The notes under the pieces were generated by a model. The model had not been told where the DNA came from, ran no database searches, and saw nothing but the letters and a program-made list of their open reading frames with translations. Positions 54,957 to 63,109 of a DNA stretch of 63,109 nucleotides are shown here, one piece after another. The stretch spans positions 1 through 63,109 of the forward strand of contig VBDV01000114.1 in the NCBI GenBank assembly GCA_005882765.1, given 5' to 3'. Position 1 is the stretch's first letter. The number at the start of each line of letters is the position of its first letter. Source of the stretch: Chloroflexota bacterium. GTDB taxonomy: Bacteria > Chloroflexota > Limnocylindria > P2-11E. The position numbers and the translations under genes are program-made.

Positions 54957-56886
54957 GGGTCACCACCGGTTCGGCCTTCGCGCCCTCGTAGACCTTCGCG
55001 AGCGCGTTCACGACCTCGTCCTCGCTGAACGGGCGGCCGTCAAATTTGTTGATGCGCTCGCCGATCATCACGCCGGTCTGCTCCTGGACGACCTGCGCGA
55101 GCTGGCCTGAGTAGTTCTCCTCCATCGAGACGATCCGCTTCGCGCCGCGGAGGATGTCGCCGACCGCCTTCGCCGGGAACGGCCGCATGAGGCGGCACTG
55201 CAGAAAGTTGACCTTCTTGCCCTGCGCCTCGAGCAGCTTGAGCGCGTCAAGGATCGTGCCTTTCGTTGAACCCCAACCGACCACGGTGAGCTCAGCGTCC
55301 TTCGGCCCATGGAGGAAGAACTGCTGCTCCTCGGGGATCGCGTTCTGGGCGAGCTTGAGCTTCCCCATGCGCTTTTCCATCATCGCGACGCGCATTTCGA
55401 CGCCCTCGGTGATGTGTCCGTCCGGGTCGTGCTCGTCGCTCGTGATCCAGTGGCGGCCACCCTTGATGCCCGGACGAGAGCGCGGTGAGATGCCGTCCTT
55501 CGCGAAGGCGTAGCGCAGGTACTCCTTGACGTTCGCGAGGTCCATCTTCCCGTGGCCGTTCCCGTTGTGACCGGCCTGCGTGCCGGCGTCGTTCGCGCCC
55601 TTCGCGTCGACCGCGGTCCACTCGCTGCCGGTGAAGCGCTCGCCGCGATCGATCTGGTCCCACTTCAGCTCGAGCTTGTCGATGGTCGTGTAGACCGACG
55701 CGAGCTTCTTGTCGCTGAGCACGATGATCGGCATCTGGTAGCGCTCGGCCCAGTTGAAGGCGGAGAACGTGTCCTGGTAAGCCTCGCGGAGGTCGCCCGG
55801 CGCGATGACGATGTGCGGGAAGTCACCCTGCGCCGGGTGCAGCGAGAACTGCAGGTCGCCCTGCTCTTGCCGTGTCGGCATGCCCGTCGAGGGACCGCCG
55901 CGCTGGTACATGACGAGGACTGGGCCGGGGCACTCGGTGATCGACGCGAAGCCGATCCCCTCGACCATGAGCGCGAACCCAGGGCCGCTTGTCGCGGTCG
56001 CCGCGCGCACACCCATATGCGCGGCGCCGACGGCCATGTTGATCGAGCTGATCTCGTCCTCGCATTGCACGACGAGCAGGCTGTAGTCGCGCTGCTGCCG
56101 CTCAAGGAAGACGCTCTCGTCCGTCGCCGGCGAGATCGGGTAGTACGTCTGGAACGAGCACCCCGCCTTCAGTTTGGCGATGGCGTGGATCTCGTAGCCC
56201 TTCGCGAGAATGCGCGCCCTCGGCTCGCGGTTCGGCTTGAGCGTGTACGGGAAGTCCTTCGCGCTCTCGTGCTGCTTCACGTGCTCGAAGGCAAGCTTCG
56301 CGGCGCGCACGTTCAGCTCACCGATCTCAGCGCGCTTTCCCTTGAATTGCGAGCGGATGACTTCGGCGACGAGATCGAACGGGTATTCGCAGAGCGCGAG
56401 CGATGCGCCGAGGCCGACCGTGTTCTTCATGACCTCGTACCGGCGCGCCTGCTCGCCTTTGCCGACCTCCTCGAGCGCCTTCTTGATGATCTCCATGAAG
56501 GGCACCGGGTAGAAGCGCAGGTCCGGCCGGTTCGCCGTCGCCGGGTCGAAGCCGATCTCGCTGTCGAAGATCACGCCGCCGCCGTCGTTGATCTCGCCGA
56601 GGTGGCCCCAGTGCGTGGCCCAGCGGCGATGGTCGCCGTCGCCGGCAAGGGTCTCGAGGTCGAGCGCGACGAGGATGTCGGCCTTGTCCTTATATGAGCG
56701 CACGTCCTCGTCGTCCACGCGGACGCGATAGAAGGAGTGTTTTCCCATGATGTTCGAGTGGTATTCGATGTTCGCGTAGACGCGTAGACCTGCTCGCGAG
56801 CAAGCCTTGGCGAACACCTCGGCGGATGCGTTGATTCCGCTTCCCTGGGGGCCGCCGATCATCCAGGTCAGCCGGTTCTTCTGCAC
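54946..56886 (-). CDS. korA: 2-oxoacid:ferredoxin oxidoreductase subunit alpha (fused gamma-alpha type)
   Basis: N-terminal IGGPQGSGI (gamma-like module). The YPISPATD alpha-subunit motif and a length typical of KorA. Confidence 0.9.
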   Translation of the reverse strand: MQKNRLTWMIGGPQGSGINASAEVFAKACSRAGLRVYANIEYHSNIMGKHSFYRVRVDDEDVRSYKDKADILVALDLETLAGDGDHRRWATHWGHLGEINDGGGVIFDSEIGFDPATANRPDLRFYPVPFMEIIKKALEEVGKGEQARRYEVMKNTVGLGASLALCEYPFDLVAEVIRSQFKGKRAEIGELNVRAAKLAFEHVKQHESAKDFPYTLKPNREPRARILAKGYEIHAIAKLKAGCSFQTYYPISPATDESVFLERQQRDYSLLVVQCEDEISSINMAVGAAHMGVRAATATSGPGFALMVEGIGFASITECPGPVLVMYQRGGPSTGMPTRQEQGDLQFSLHPAQGDFPHIVIAPGDLREAYQDTFSAFNWAERYQMPIIVLSDKKLASVYTTIDKLELKWDQIDRGERFTGSEWTAVDAKGANDAGTQAGHNGNGHGKMDLANVKEYLRYAFAKDGISPRSRPGIKGGRHWITSDEHDPDGHITEGVEMRVAMMEKRMGKLKLAQNAIPEEQQFFLHGPKDAELTVVGWGSTKGTILDALKLLEAQGKKVNFLQCRLMRPFPAKAVGDILRGAKRIVSMEENYSGQLAQVVQEQTGVMIGERINKFDGRPFSEDEVVNALAKVYEGAKAEPVVTHVH

Positions 56887-56912
56887 TTTGGAACGTTTAT
56901 TGTACGTTCGCG
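56887..56912. promoter_or_regulatory. A/T-rich divergent control spacer with the inverted repeat GAACGT-N7-ACGTTC and overlapping -10-like hexamers
   Basis: GAACGT at 56891-56896 and ACGTTC at 56904-56909. TATTGT on the plus strand (56898-56903) and TACAAT on the minus strand (56904-56899). Neither start codon has room for an SD. Confidence 0.45.
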
Positions 56913-58310
56913 GTGAGCTCTCGTCGCGAGCGTGACACGCTGGGCGAGATCGAGGTCCCCGACACCGCTTTGTGGGGCGCGCAGACCCAGCGCGCGATCG
57001 AGAACTACCCGATCAGCGGATATCGCGCGTTCCCGGCGTTCATCAGAGCCTTCGTTCGGATCAAGCGGGCCGCTGCGCTCGCGAACGGTGAGGCAGGGCG
57101 TCTCGACGAGCGGCGGAAGGACTCGATCCTCGAGGCGTGCGATGAGGTGCTCGCCGGAAAGCACATGGATCAATTCGTTGTCGATGTATTCCACTCGGGT
57201 GCTGGCGTGTCGTTTCACATGAACGTGAACGAGGTTCTCGCCAATCGCGCGAATCAAATACTTGGCGGCGGCCTCGGCACGTACGAGCACGTGAACCCGA
57301 ACGACCACGTGAACATGGCGCAGTCGACGAACGACACGACCCCTACGGCGATGCGTCTCGCGTTGCTCGAGCTCACCAAGACCCTCTGCGCGGAGCTCGA
57401 CACGCTCGCCGATGCGATCGCCGAGAAAGCGTCGCGCTATGCCGACACCGTGAAGCCGGGTCGCACCCACTTGCAGGACGCGGTGCCGATCACGTTCGGT
57501 CAGGAGTTTTCAGGCTGGGCCGAGCGCATTCGCGGCGCGGCGGCGCGTCTTCGCGCGGGACGCGCCGAGCTCTGCGAGCTCGGCATCGGTGGCACGGCGG
57601 CGGGAACCGGTCTCAACGCTGATCCGCAGTTCCGGGACCGCGTGTGCGCGTATCTGGCGGAGTGGTACGGGGAGCCCATCAAGCCGGCGAAGAACCTCTT
57701 CTCCGCGATGCAGTCGATGGCGCCGTTCGTCCGCATCGCGAGCGGCATGCGCACCTCAGCGATCGAGGTGTCGAGCATCTGCAACGACATCCGCTTGCTC
57801 GTGTCGGGACCGCGCACCGGCTTCGGCGAGCTGCGCATCCCCGCGGTGCAGCCCGGCTCGTCGATCATGCCGGGCAAGGTGAACCCCGCGATCCCCGAGA
57901 TGGTGAATCAAGTGTGCTTTCAGGTGATCGGCAACGACACGGCGGTCGCGTACGGCGCCCAGGCCGGCCAGCTCGAGCTGAACGTGATGATGCCCGGCAT
58001 CAACTTCGCGAACTGCTTTTCGGCGACGATCCTCACGAACGCCGTGCGCGTGCTCCGCGAGAAGGCGATCGCGGGGCTCGAGGTCGACGAGGATCGCGCG
58101 CAGGAGCTCATGGACGCGAGCCCGTCGCTCGCCGTGACTGCGCTCTCGCCGCACATCGGCTACGCCAAGGCCGCCGCGCTGGTGAAGCAGGCCCTCTCGG
58201 AGCGGCGCTCGCTCTTCGACGTCGCGAAGGACGCGAAGATCATGCCCGAGAAGGATCTGCGTCGCGTTCTTGATCCGCTACCGATGACGAAAGGCGGCGT
58301 CCAGGACTGA
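56913..58310 (+). CDS. aspA: Aspartate ammonia-lyase (class II fumarase/aspartase family)
   Basis: The signature GSSIMPGKVNP is followed by AIPEMVNQVCFQVIGND...QLELNVMMP. This resembles the aspartase rather than the fumarase C version of the segment. Confidence 0.8.
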   Translation: MSSRRERDTLGEIEVPDTALWGAQTQRAIENYPISGYRAFPAFIRAFVRIKRAAALANGEAGRLDERRKDSILEACDEVLAGKHMDQFVVDVFHSGAGVSFHMNVNEVLANRANQILGGGLGTYEHVNPNDHVNMAQSTNDTTPTAMRLALLELTKTLCAELDTLADAIAEKASRYADTVKPGRTHLQDAVPITFGQEFSGWAERIRGAAARLRAGRAELCELGIGGTAAGTGLNADPQFRDRVCAYLAEWYGEPIKPAKNLFSAMQSMAPFVRIASGMRTSAIEVSSICNDIRLLVSGPRTGFGELRIPAVQPGSSIMPGKVNPAIPEMVNQVCFQVIGNDTAVAYGAQAGQLELNVMMPGINFANCFSATILTNAVRVLREKAIAGLEVDEDRAQELMDASPSLAVTALSPHIGYAKAAALVKQALSERRSLFDVAKDAKIMPEKDLRRVLDPLPMTKGGVQD

Positions 58311-58339
58311 AGTCGGCTGAGCTTCTTCTCGCGCTCCTC

Positions 58340-59869
58340 GTGATCGTCGCTGTCCTCGTGACTGTCGCGCGCTGGATCCGCGTGCCGTACCCGGTCCTGC
58401 TCCTCATCGGCGGGCTCGTCGTCGGACTCGTTCCCGGGATCCCGCCGTTCGAGCTCGACCCAGAGATCGTCTTCCTCGTCGTCCTGCCGCCGCTCCTTTA
58501 TGTGAGCGCGTTCCTCACACCGATCCGCGACTTTCGGACGAACCTCAAGAACATCAGCTCCCTCGCCATCGGTCTCGTCGCTGCGAGCGCCGCGGTGGTG
58601 GCGGCCCTGGCGATGGCGCTCGTGCCGGGTATGACGTGGCCGCTCGCGGTCGCGCTCGGAGCGATCGTCTCTCCGCCCGATGCTGTGGCCGCGACGGCGA
58701 TCGCCCAGCGTCTTGCCGTACCGCGCCGGATCGTCAGCATCCTCGAGGGCGAGAGTCTCCTGAACGACGCGACCGCGCTGACGATCTACCGCGCCGCGGT
58801 GGGCGCGGCTGCAGCGGCCGCGGCGGTTTCGGTGATCGGGTCCCTGGCGAGCTTCGTGTTCGTGGCGCTCGGCGGGATCCTCGTCGGGCTCGTCATCGGA
58901 TGGGTCGCTGTGTGGGTGCGGACGCGCCTGACGGACACGCCGGTCGAGATCACCGTCTCGCTGATCACGCCGTACGCCGCATACCTTCCAGCGGAGCTCT
59001 TCGGCGTTTCCGGCGTACTTGCCGCGGTGACCGCCGGCCTCTACATCGGCAGGCGGTCCTCCGAGATCATGGGCTCGGAGGCGCGCCTTGCCGGCCGCGC
59101 GGTCTGGGAGAGCCTCGTGTTCCTTCTGAACGGCGTCGTATTCCTGTCGATCGGCTTTCAGATCTCGAGCATCTCGAGACAAATGGATCGGACCACGCTT
59201 CTCGAGCTCGCCGCCGTGGGCATCCTCGTCAGCATCGCGCTCGTTGCCGTGCGCGCCCTGTGGGCCCTCGGGATCAGCCTGCGCGAGCTCTTGACCGACG
59301 ATCGGCGGCACACCCGCCTCCGAGAGTCCATCGTCCTCTCGTGGGCAGGCATGCGCGGCGTGGTCTCGCTCGCCGCGGCACTCGCGCTTCCGATCTCGCT
59401 GCCGAGCAGCACGCTGCCGGCGCGCGACGCGATCATCGTCATCACCTTCACGGTCATCCTTGTGACGCTCGTCGGTCAGGGCCTGACCTTGCCGCTCGTC
59501 ATTCGAGGGCTGGGTCTCGGAAGCGACGACGACGAGGGCCACGAGGAGTCGCACGCGCGGCAGGAGCTCATCCAGCAGGCGCTACAGCGAATCAACGAGC
59601 TCGAGAAGAAGTGGCCGACCCACCAGCCGCTCATCGATCAGATCCGCACGAGCTATCAGCACCGCGCCGAGCACGAGGAGCAGCTGCACGAAGCACCCGG
59701 CAACGAGGCCGAGCAAGAGCTCGTCGAGCACCGGCAGATCCGCAGTGATGTCATCGACGCGCAGCGCGACGCGTTGCGGGCGATGCGCGACCGCGGGGCG
59801 ATCGACGACGACGTGCTCCGGAACATCGAGCGCGACCTCGATCTCGAAGAGATCCGGATGGAGGCATGA
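58340..59869 (+). CDS. Na+/H+ antiporter (CPA1/NhaP-type) with a cytoplasmic C-terminal helical domain
   Basis: 10-12 TM helices, with LLNDATAL and WAGMRGVVSLAAAL motifs. The true start may lie upstream (in-frame hydrophobic codons back to ~58308, but no canonical start codon). Confidence 0.8.
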   Translation: MIVAVLVTVARWIRVPYPVLLLIGGLVVGLVPGIPPFELDPEIVFLVVLPPLLYVSAFLTPIRDFRTNLKNISSLAIGLVAASAAVVAALAMALVPGMTWPLAVALGAIVSPPDAVAATAIAQRLAVPRRIVSILEGESLLNDATALTIYRAAVGAAAAAAAVSVIGSLASFVFVALGGILVGLVIGWVAVWVRTRLTDTPVEITVSLITPYAAYLPAELFGVSGVLAAVTAGLYIGRRSSEIMGSEARLAGRAVWESLVFLLNGVVFLSIGFQISSISRQMDRTTLLELAAVGILVSIALVAVRALWALGISLRELLTDDRRHTRLRESIVLSWAGMRGVVSLAAALALPISLPSSTLPARDAIIVITFTVILVTLVGQGLTLPLVIRGLGLGSDDDEGHEESHARQELIQQALQRINELEKKWPTHQPLIDQIRTSYQHRAEHEEQLHEAPGNEAEQELVEHRQIRSDVIDAQRDALRAMRDRGAIDDDVLRNIERDLDLEEIRMEA

Positions 59870-61218
59870 TGGGCACGGTGATGACGGACGTGACCGCCGA
59901 GACGACCGACGTGCTCCAGCGCCTCATCCGCAACTCCTGCGTGAACGAGGGCACGCCCGAGTCTGGGCATGAGATCCGGAGCGTGGATCTGCTCGAAAGC
60001 TACCTGCGCGTGCCCGGCGTCGAGATGAAGCGGTACGAGCCCGTCCCGGGGCGAGCGAGTCTCGTCCTGCGGATCGAAGGCAGCGACCCGAAGGCGCCGT
60101 CGCTCCATTTCATGGGGCACACCGACGTCGTGCCGGTCACGCCGTCCGGCTGGCGGCACGATCCGTTCGCGGCCGAGCTCATCGACGGCGAGGTATGGGG
60201 CCGCGGGGCGATCGACATGCTCGGCGTCACCGCGTCGATGGCGGTCGCGGTGCGGCGGCTCCTCTCATCGGGGTTCCGTCCGAAGGGAACGTTCATCTAC
60301 TCGGCGGTCGCCGACGAGGAGGCGCTCGGCACCCACGGCGCGGCGTGGCTCACCGAGAACGCGTGGGACGACGTCAAGGCCGATTTCCTCGTGACCGAGT
60401 TCGGCGGCATGCGCTTCCCGCTCACCGGAGGCTCGCCGAGGCTGCCGCTCATCGCCGCGGAGAAGGGCTCGCAGTGGACGCGTCTTCGCGTGCGCGGAAC
60501 GCCGGGCCATGGCTCGATGCCGTACCAATCCGACAACGCGCTCCTCAAGGCCGCGGAGCTCATCACCCGGATCGGGAAGTACCGCGCGCCGCTGCGCCTG
60601 CATCCGATCTGGCGCCAGTTCATCGACGGACTTGACCTGCCGGCGGCGTCCCGGCTCGCGCTGACCAACGCCGCGACCTTCGACATGGCGCTCGATCGTG
60701 GCCCCGAGGGGACGGCGCCGATGTTCTACGCCGCCACGCGCACCACGTTCTCGCCGAACATCGCGCACTCCGGCGTCAAGCTGAACGTCATACCCGACAG
60801 CGCCGAGGTGGACATCGACATCCGCACGATCGCGGGCGACGACGGCCCGAAGGTGCGCGAGATGCTGCGCCAGGCGATCGGCGACGCGCTCTGGAAGGAC
60901 GTCGAGATCGTCGCGGAGGGGGACAGCCCCGGGAGCGAATCGCCGACGCGCACGCCGCTCTGGGACACGCTCACGAAGGTGACGCAGAAGCTCATTCCGG
61001 GCGCCGAGACGATCCCCTTTCTGATCGTGGGCGCCACCGATGCGCGCTACTTCCGCCGCAAGGGCGTGACCTCGTACGGCTACGGTCTCATGAGCGATCG
61101 CATCTCGTTCAAGGACTTCGCGAAGATGTTCCACGGAAACAACGAGCGGATCGACCAGGAGTCGCTTCGGCTCTCGACGGAGCTCTTCGAGCAGACCGCG
61201 CGGGCCTTCGTCGGCTGA
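59866..61218 (+). CDS. M20/M25/M40 family metallopeptidase/deacylase
   Basis: ATGA overlap with the upstream gene. GHTDVVP, DEE, and GTPGHGS. Confidence 0.8.
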   Translation: MMGTVMTDVTAETTDVLQRLIRNSCVNEGTPESGHEIRSVDLLESYLRVPGVEMKRYEPVPGRASLVLRIEGSDPKAPSLHFMGHTDVVPVTPSGWRHDPFAAELIDGEVWGRGAIDMLGVTASMAVAVRRLLSSGFRPKGTFIYSAVADEEALGTHGAAWLTENAWDDVKADFLVTEFGGMRFPLTGGSPRLPLIAAEKGSQWTRLRVRGTPGHGSMPYQSDNALLKAAELITRIGKYRAPLRLHPIWRQFIDGLDLPAASRLALTNAATFDMALDRGPEGTAPMFYAATRTTFSPNIAHSGVKLNVIPDSAEVDIDIRTIAGDDGPKVREMLRQAIGDALWKDVEIVAEGDSPGSESPTRTPLWDTLTKVTQKLIPGAETIPFLIVGATDARYFRRKGVTSYGYGLMSDRISFKDFAKMFHGNNERIDQESLRLSTELFEQTARAFVG

Positions 61219-61398
61219 TGCGCGAGGCCCCGTCCGTGTGCGTCCGCGGTATTGGATTCCGACCGGTTCTCCGAGTCATGTGCCTCGTGACGGTCACCTT
61301 GCTCGATCCGATTGTTGAAGTGCGCGGTCCGTGGGAGGTCCCGTGGCAAAAGTGATCGGTAACCATTTCGGGGTTGACTACATGCTCGGCGTTCCCGG

Positions 61399-62820
61399 CT
61401 ACCGCAATATCAGCCGCTGAGGCGGTGAGTCGAGCCTCAGAGGTGGAAGCCCGCTGAAGAGCGAGTGCTCCCAGATCCGGCCGAGCGTCGCTTTGTATGC
61501 GGGCTCGCTGCTGCGTAGCAACCGTGGGCGGAAGTAGTCCTCGATGATCGTCGGCCGGATGCGGACGGCCACGAGCTTGGCTTTGTCGAAGAACAGCTGC
61601 TGGATGCTGCCTTCGCGCGTTTCCATCGACCACATCTGATCAAAGACGAAATTTCCGATGCCGTACGTGATGTAGCCGCCCCGATAGGTCTCGACCGATT
61701 GCACCCAGTGCGGATGGTCGCCGATGACCACGGACGCGCCAGCCTCGATCATCGCGTGCGCCGCCGCCACGATCTGCGGCCGCGGCGCGTTCTCGTATTC
61801 GATGCCCCAGTGAGCGAGGACCATCACAACATCAGCGATGCCGGCGGCCGCCGCGATCTCCGCGCGAAGCGAGGCGTAGGTCGGGTCGTCGTGCACCAGG
61901 CGCGCGCTTCCCGCTCGGGTCGGCGACGCCGCGTACGACTCCGGCGGAACGTCGTTGTAGGCGAGCATCGCGACACGCAGTCGACCGACCTGAGTGATGG
62001 CCGGCTTTCGCGCCGCGCTCTCGTTCGCCCCGGCGCCGGCATGCGCGACGCCGCTGCGGTCGAGCGCCGCGACCGTGTCGATAACCCCCTTCGTACCTCC
62101 GTCGCCGATGTGATTAGCGGCGAGCGAGAGGACATCGAAGCCGGCGTCCGCGAGCGACGCCGCGTAGCTCTCGTTGCCAACGAACCGCATGCAGCTGTCG
62201 CACCACAAGTTGTGGTTGCCGGAGAGAGGCGCCTCGAGCGTCGCGACCGCGAGATCGGCGCCGCGCACGAGGTCTCGTACCTCCGTGAATGCCGATCGCG
62301 CGTCGCCGCCGTGCTTGAGCTCGATACGTTCCTGCACGCCGCGGCCGAAGATGATCTCTCCCGCGGCAAGGAGGGACCAGGTTCTCCGTCGTGGTTCGAT
62401 CTGGCCTGCGCTGCGGACCCGGAGCGGGTAACGACGCGAGTCGAGCGCCGGGTCCCAGAAGTAGCTGCCCTCGAAGGAGAGCGTCTTCACGCTCGGCTCG
62501 ACCATCTCGGGCGGGAGAAGGGCGATCTCTCCGCTCTCGCGGACGCGCGCGACTGGATCGGCGGCACCGACCACCGTGGCGCGCGGAAATGCAGTGCTGA
62601 CCGCCTCGGCGAGCTCCAAGGTCGTGACTACGGCGGTGAGCTGGTTCCGCGCGATGTCATCGAGTGGCGACGTGAAGCTTGTAACGGGAACGAGTGGCCG
62701 CGATAGAGACCCTTCGACATACGGCAACGAGCTCGCGGCGGCAGCTGGTGAGGTCATCCCCGCGAGGAGCATCACGGCGAAGGTGATCCGGACCATTGCC
62801 CAGGCGACCATACGAGCCAT
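61399..62820 (-). CDS. CapA-family (PGA_cap metallophosphatase-like) secreted protein
   Basis: Signal peptide. Motifs LSLAANHIGDGG, VMVLAHWGIEY, GDHPHWVQ. Confidence 0.75.
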   Translation of the reverse strand: MARMVAWAMVRITFAVMLLAGMTSPAAAASSLPYVEGSLSRPLVPVTSFTSPLDDIARNQLTAVVTTLELAEAVSTAFPRATVVGAADPVARVRESGEIALLPPEMVEPSVKTLSFEGSYFWDPALDSRRYPLRVRSAGQIEPRRRTWSLLAAGEIIFGRGVQERIELKHGGDARSAFTEVRDLVRGADLAVATLEAPLSGNHNLWCDSCMRFVGNESYAASLADAGFDVLSLAANHIGDGGTKGVIDTVAALDRSGVAHAGAGANESAARKPAITQVGRLRVAMLAYNDVPPESYAASPTRAGSARLVHDDPTYASLRAEIAAAAGIADVVMVLAHWGIEYENAPRPQIVAAAHAMIEAGASVVIGDHPHWVQSVETYRGGYITYGIGNFVFDQMWSMETREGSIQQLFFDKAKLVAVRIRPTIIEDYFRPRLLRSSEPAYKATLGRIWEHSLFSGLPPLRLDSPPQRLILR

Positions 62821-62909
62821 CGTAAGGACGCTCGTGGCACGGGCATAGGGACCTATTCAGATGCGGGGTCGGTGTTTCGAACGACGAACAACAGCCCCCG
62901 AGATAGCGC

Positions 62910-63109
62910 TTACCCCGTAACGGATGAAGGCGTCTCGGCGATCCCGGGCTCGCGTGCTCGCCCCTCGATACGCGCGACGATGCGGCGTGTGAGCGCGTCC
63001 ATCGCGGCATAGCCCGCGCCGATGCCGGTCGGTGGGTTTCCGGCGGGGAGCATGAGCACCGGCAGCACCGGCGACCAGGTCCAGATCCCGAGCGACGTTC
63101 CGTACAGCT
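62910..63109 (-). CDS. 3' end of an unidentified (probably membrane) protein gene; the 5' part lies outside the window
   Basis: The open minus-strand frame reads ...LYGTSLGIWTWSPVLPVLMLPAGNPPTGIGAGYAAMDALTRRIVARIEGRAREPGIAETPSSVTG* (stop at 62910-62912). It is absent from the ORF track because there is no start codon in the window. Confidence 0.35.
   Translation of the reverse strand, partial: LYGTSLGIWTWSPVLPVLMLPAGNPPTGIGAGYAAMDALTRRIVARIEGRAREPGIAETPSSVTG

Noticed and set aside
61278-61355. 25-codon ORF (MCLVTVTLLDPIVEVRGPWEVPWQK) in the 180-nt convergent spacer after the M20 peptidase, considered as a RiPP precursor or micropeptide.
   Set aside because: It has no SD and no modifying enzymes (no radical SAM, YcaO, lanthipeptide or peptidase-transporter genes) nearby. 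The location fits a terminator region. An ORF this short is expected by chance.

Overview
This is a very GC-rich, densely coding 63.1-kb chromosomal segment with about 55 protein genes. Many genes are chained by ATGA/GTGA/TAATG start-stop overlaps. I found no rRNA or tRNA genes, no CRISPR array, no transposase, integrase or phage genes, and no recognisable defence or toxin-antitoxin system. Content is mainly housekeeping: comM (5' partial)-dprA, trpS, a manC-like gene, topA, two FemAB-type transferases coupled to murE, phnDCE, and pyrF-tatA/B-secD with secF lying 3.7 kb further on. It also holds an FtsH-like protease, recJ-relA/spoT, korAB, aspA, a CPA1 antiporter, an M20 peptidase and a CapA-like protein. 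Interspersed are many predicted secreted or lipoprotein beta-propeller, beta-helix and BNR proteins, two S9 peptidases and two histidine kinases. The style (GGAGG Shine-Dalgarno sites, lipoboxes, Fem transferases, very short divergent spacers) suggests a high-GC Actinomycetota/Chloroflexota-like lineage, but taxonomy cannot be fixed from sequence reading alone. I cannot point to a convincing new multi-gene system. The loci most worth a second look are: (1) a low-GC orphan gene boxed in by inverted copies of a ~90-nt hairpin repeat (5.2-5.9 kb); (2) the adjacent histidine kinase, whose ATP-binding core is deleted and frameshifted; (3) a ~130-nt closed multi-hairpin palindrome plus an intrinsic-terminator-like hairpin in the topA leader; (4) the translationally coupled fem-fem-murE-P-loop kinase-TolB-like string; (5) secD and secF split by three secreted-protein genes; (6) a receiver gene frameshifted in a C5 run; and (7) overlapping divergent -10-like boxes in the 26-bp korA/aspA spacer. 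All functional calls rest on motifs read by eye, and no database search was run.
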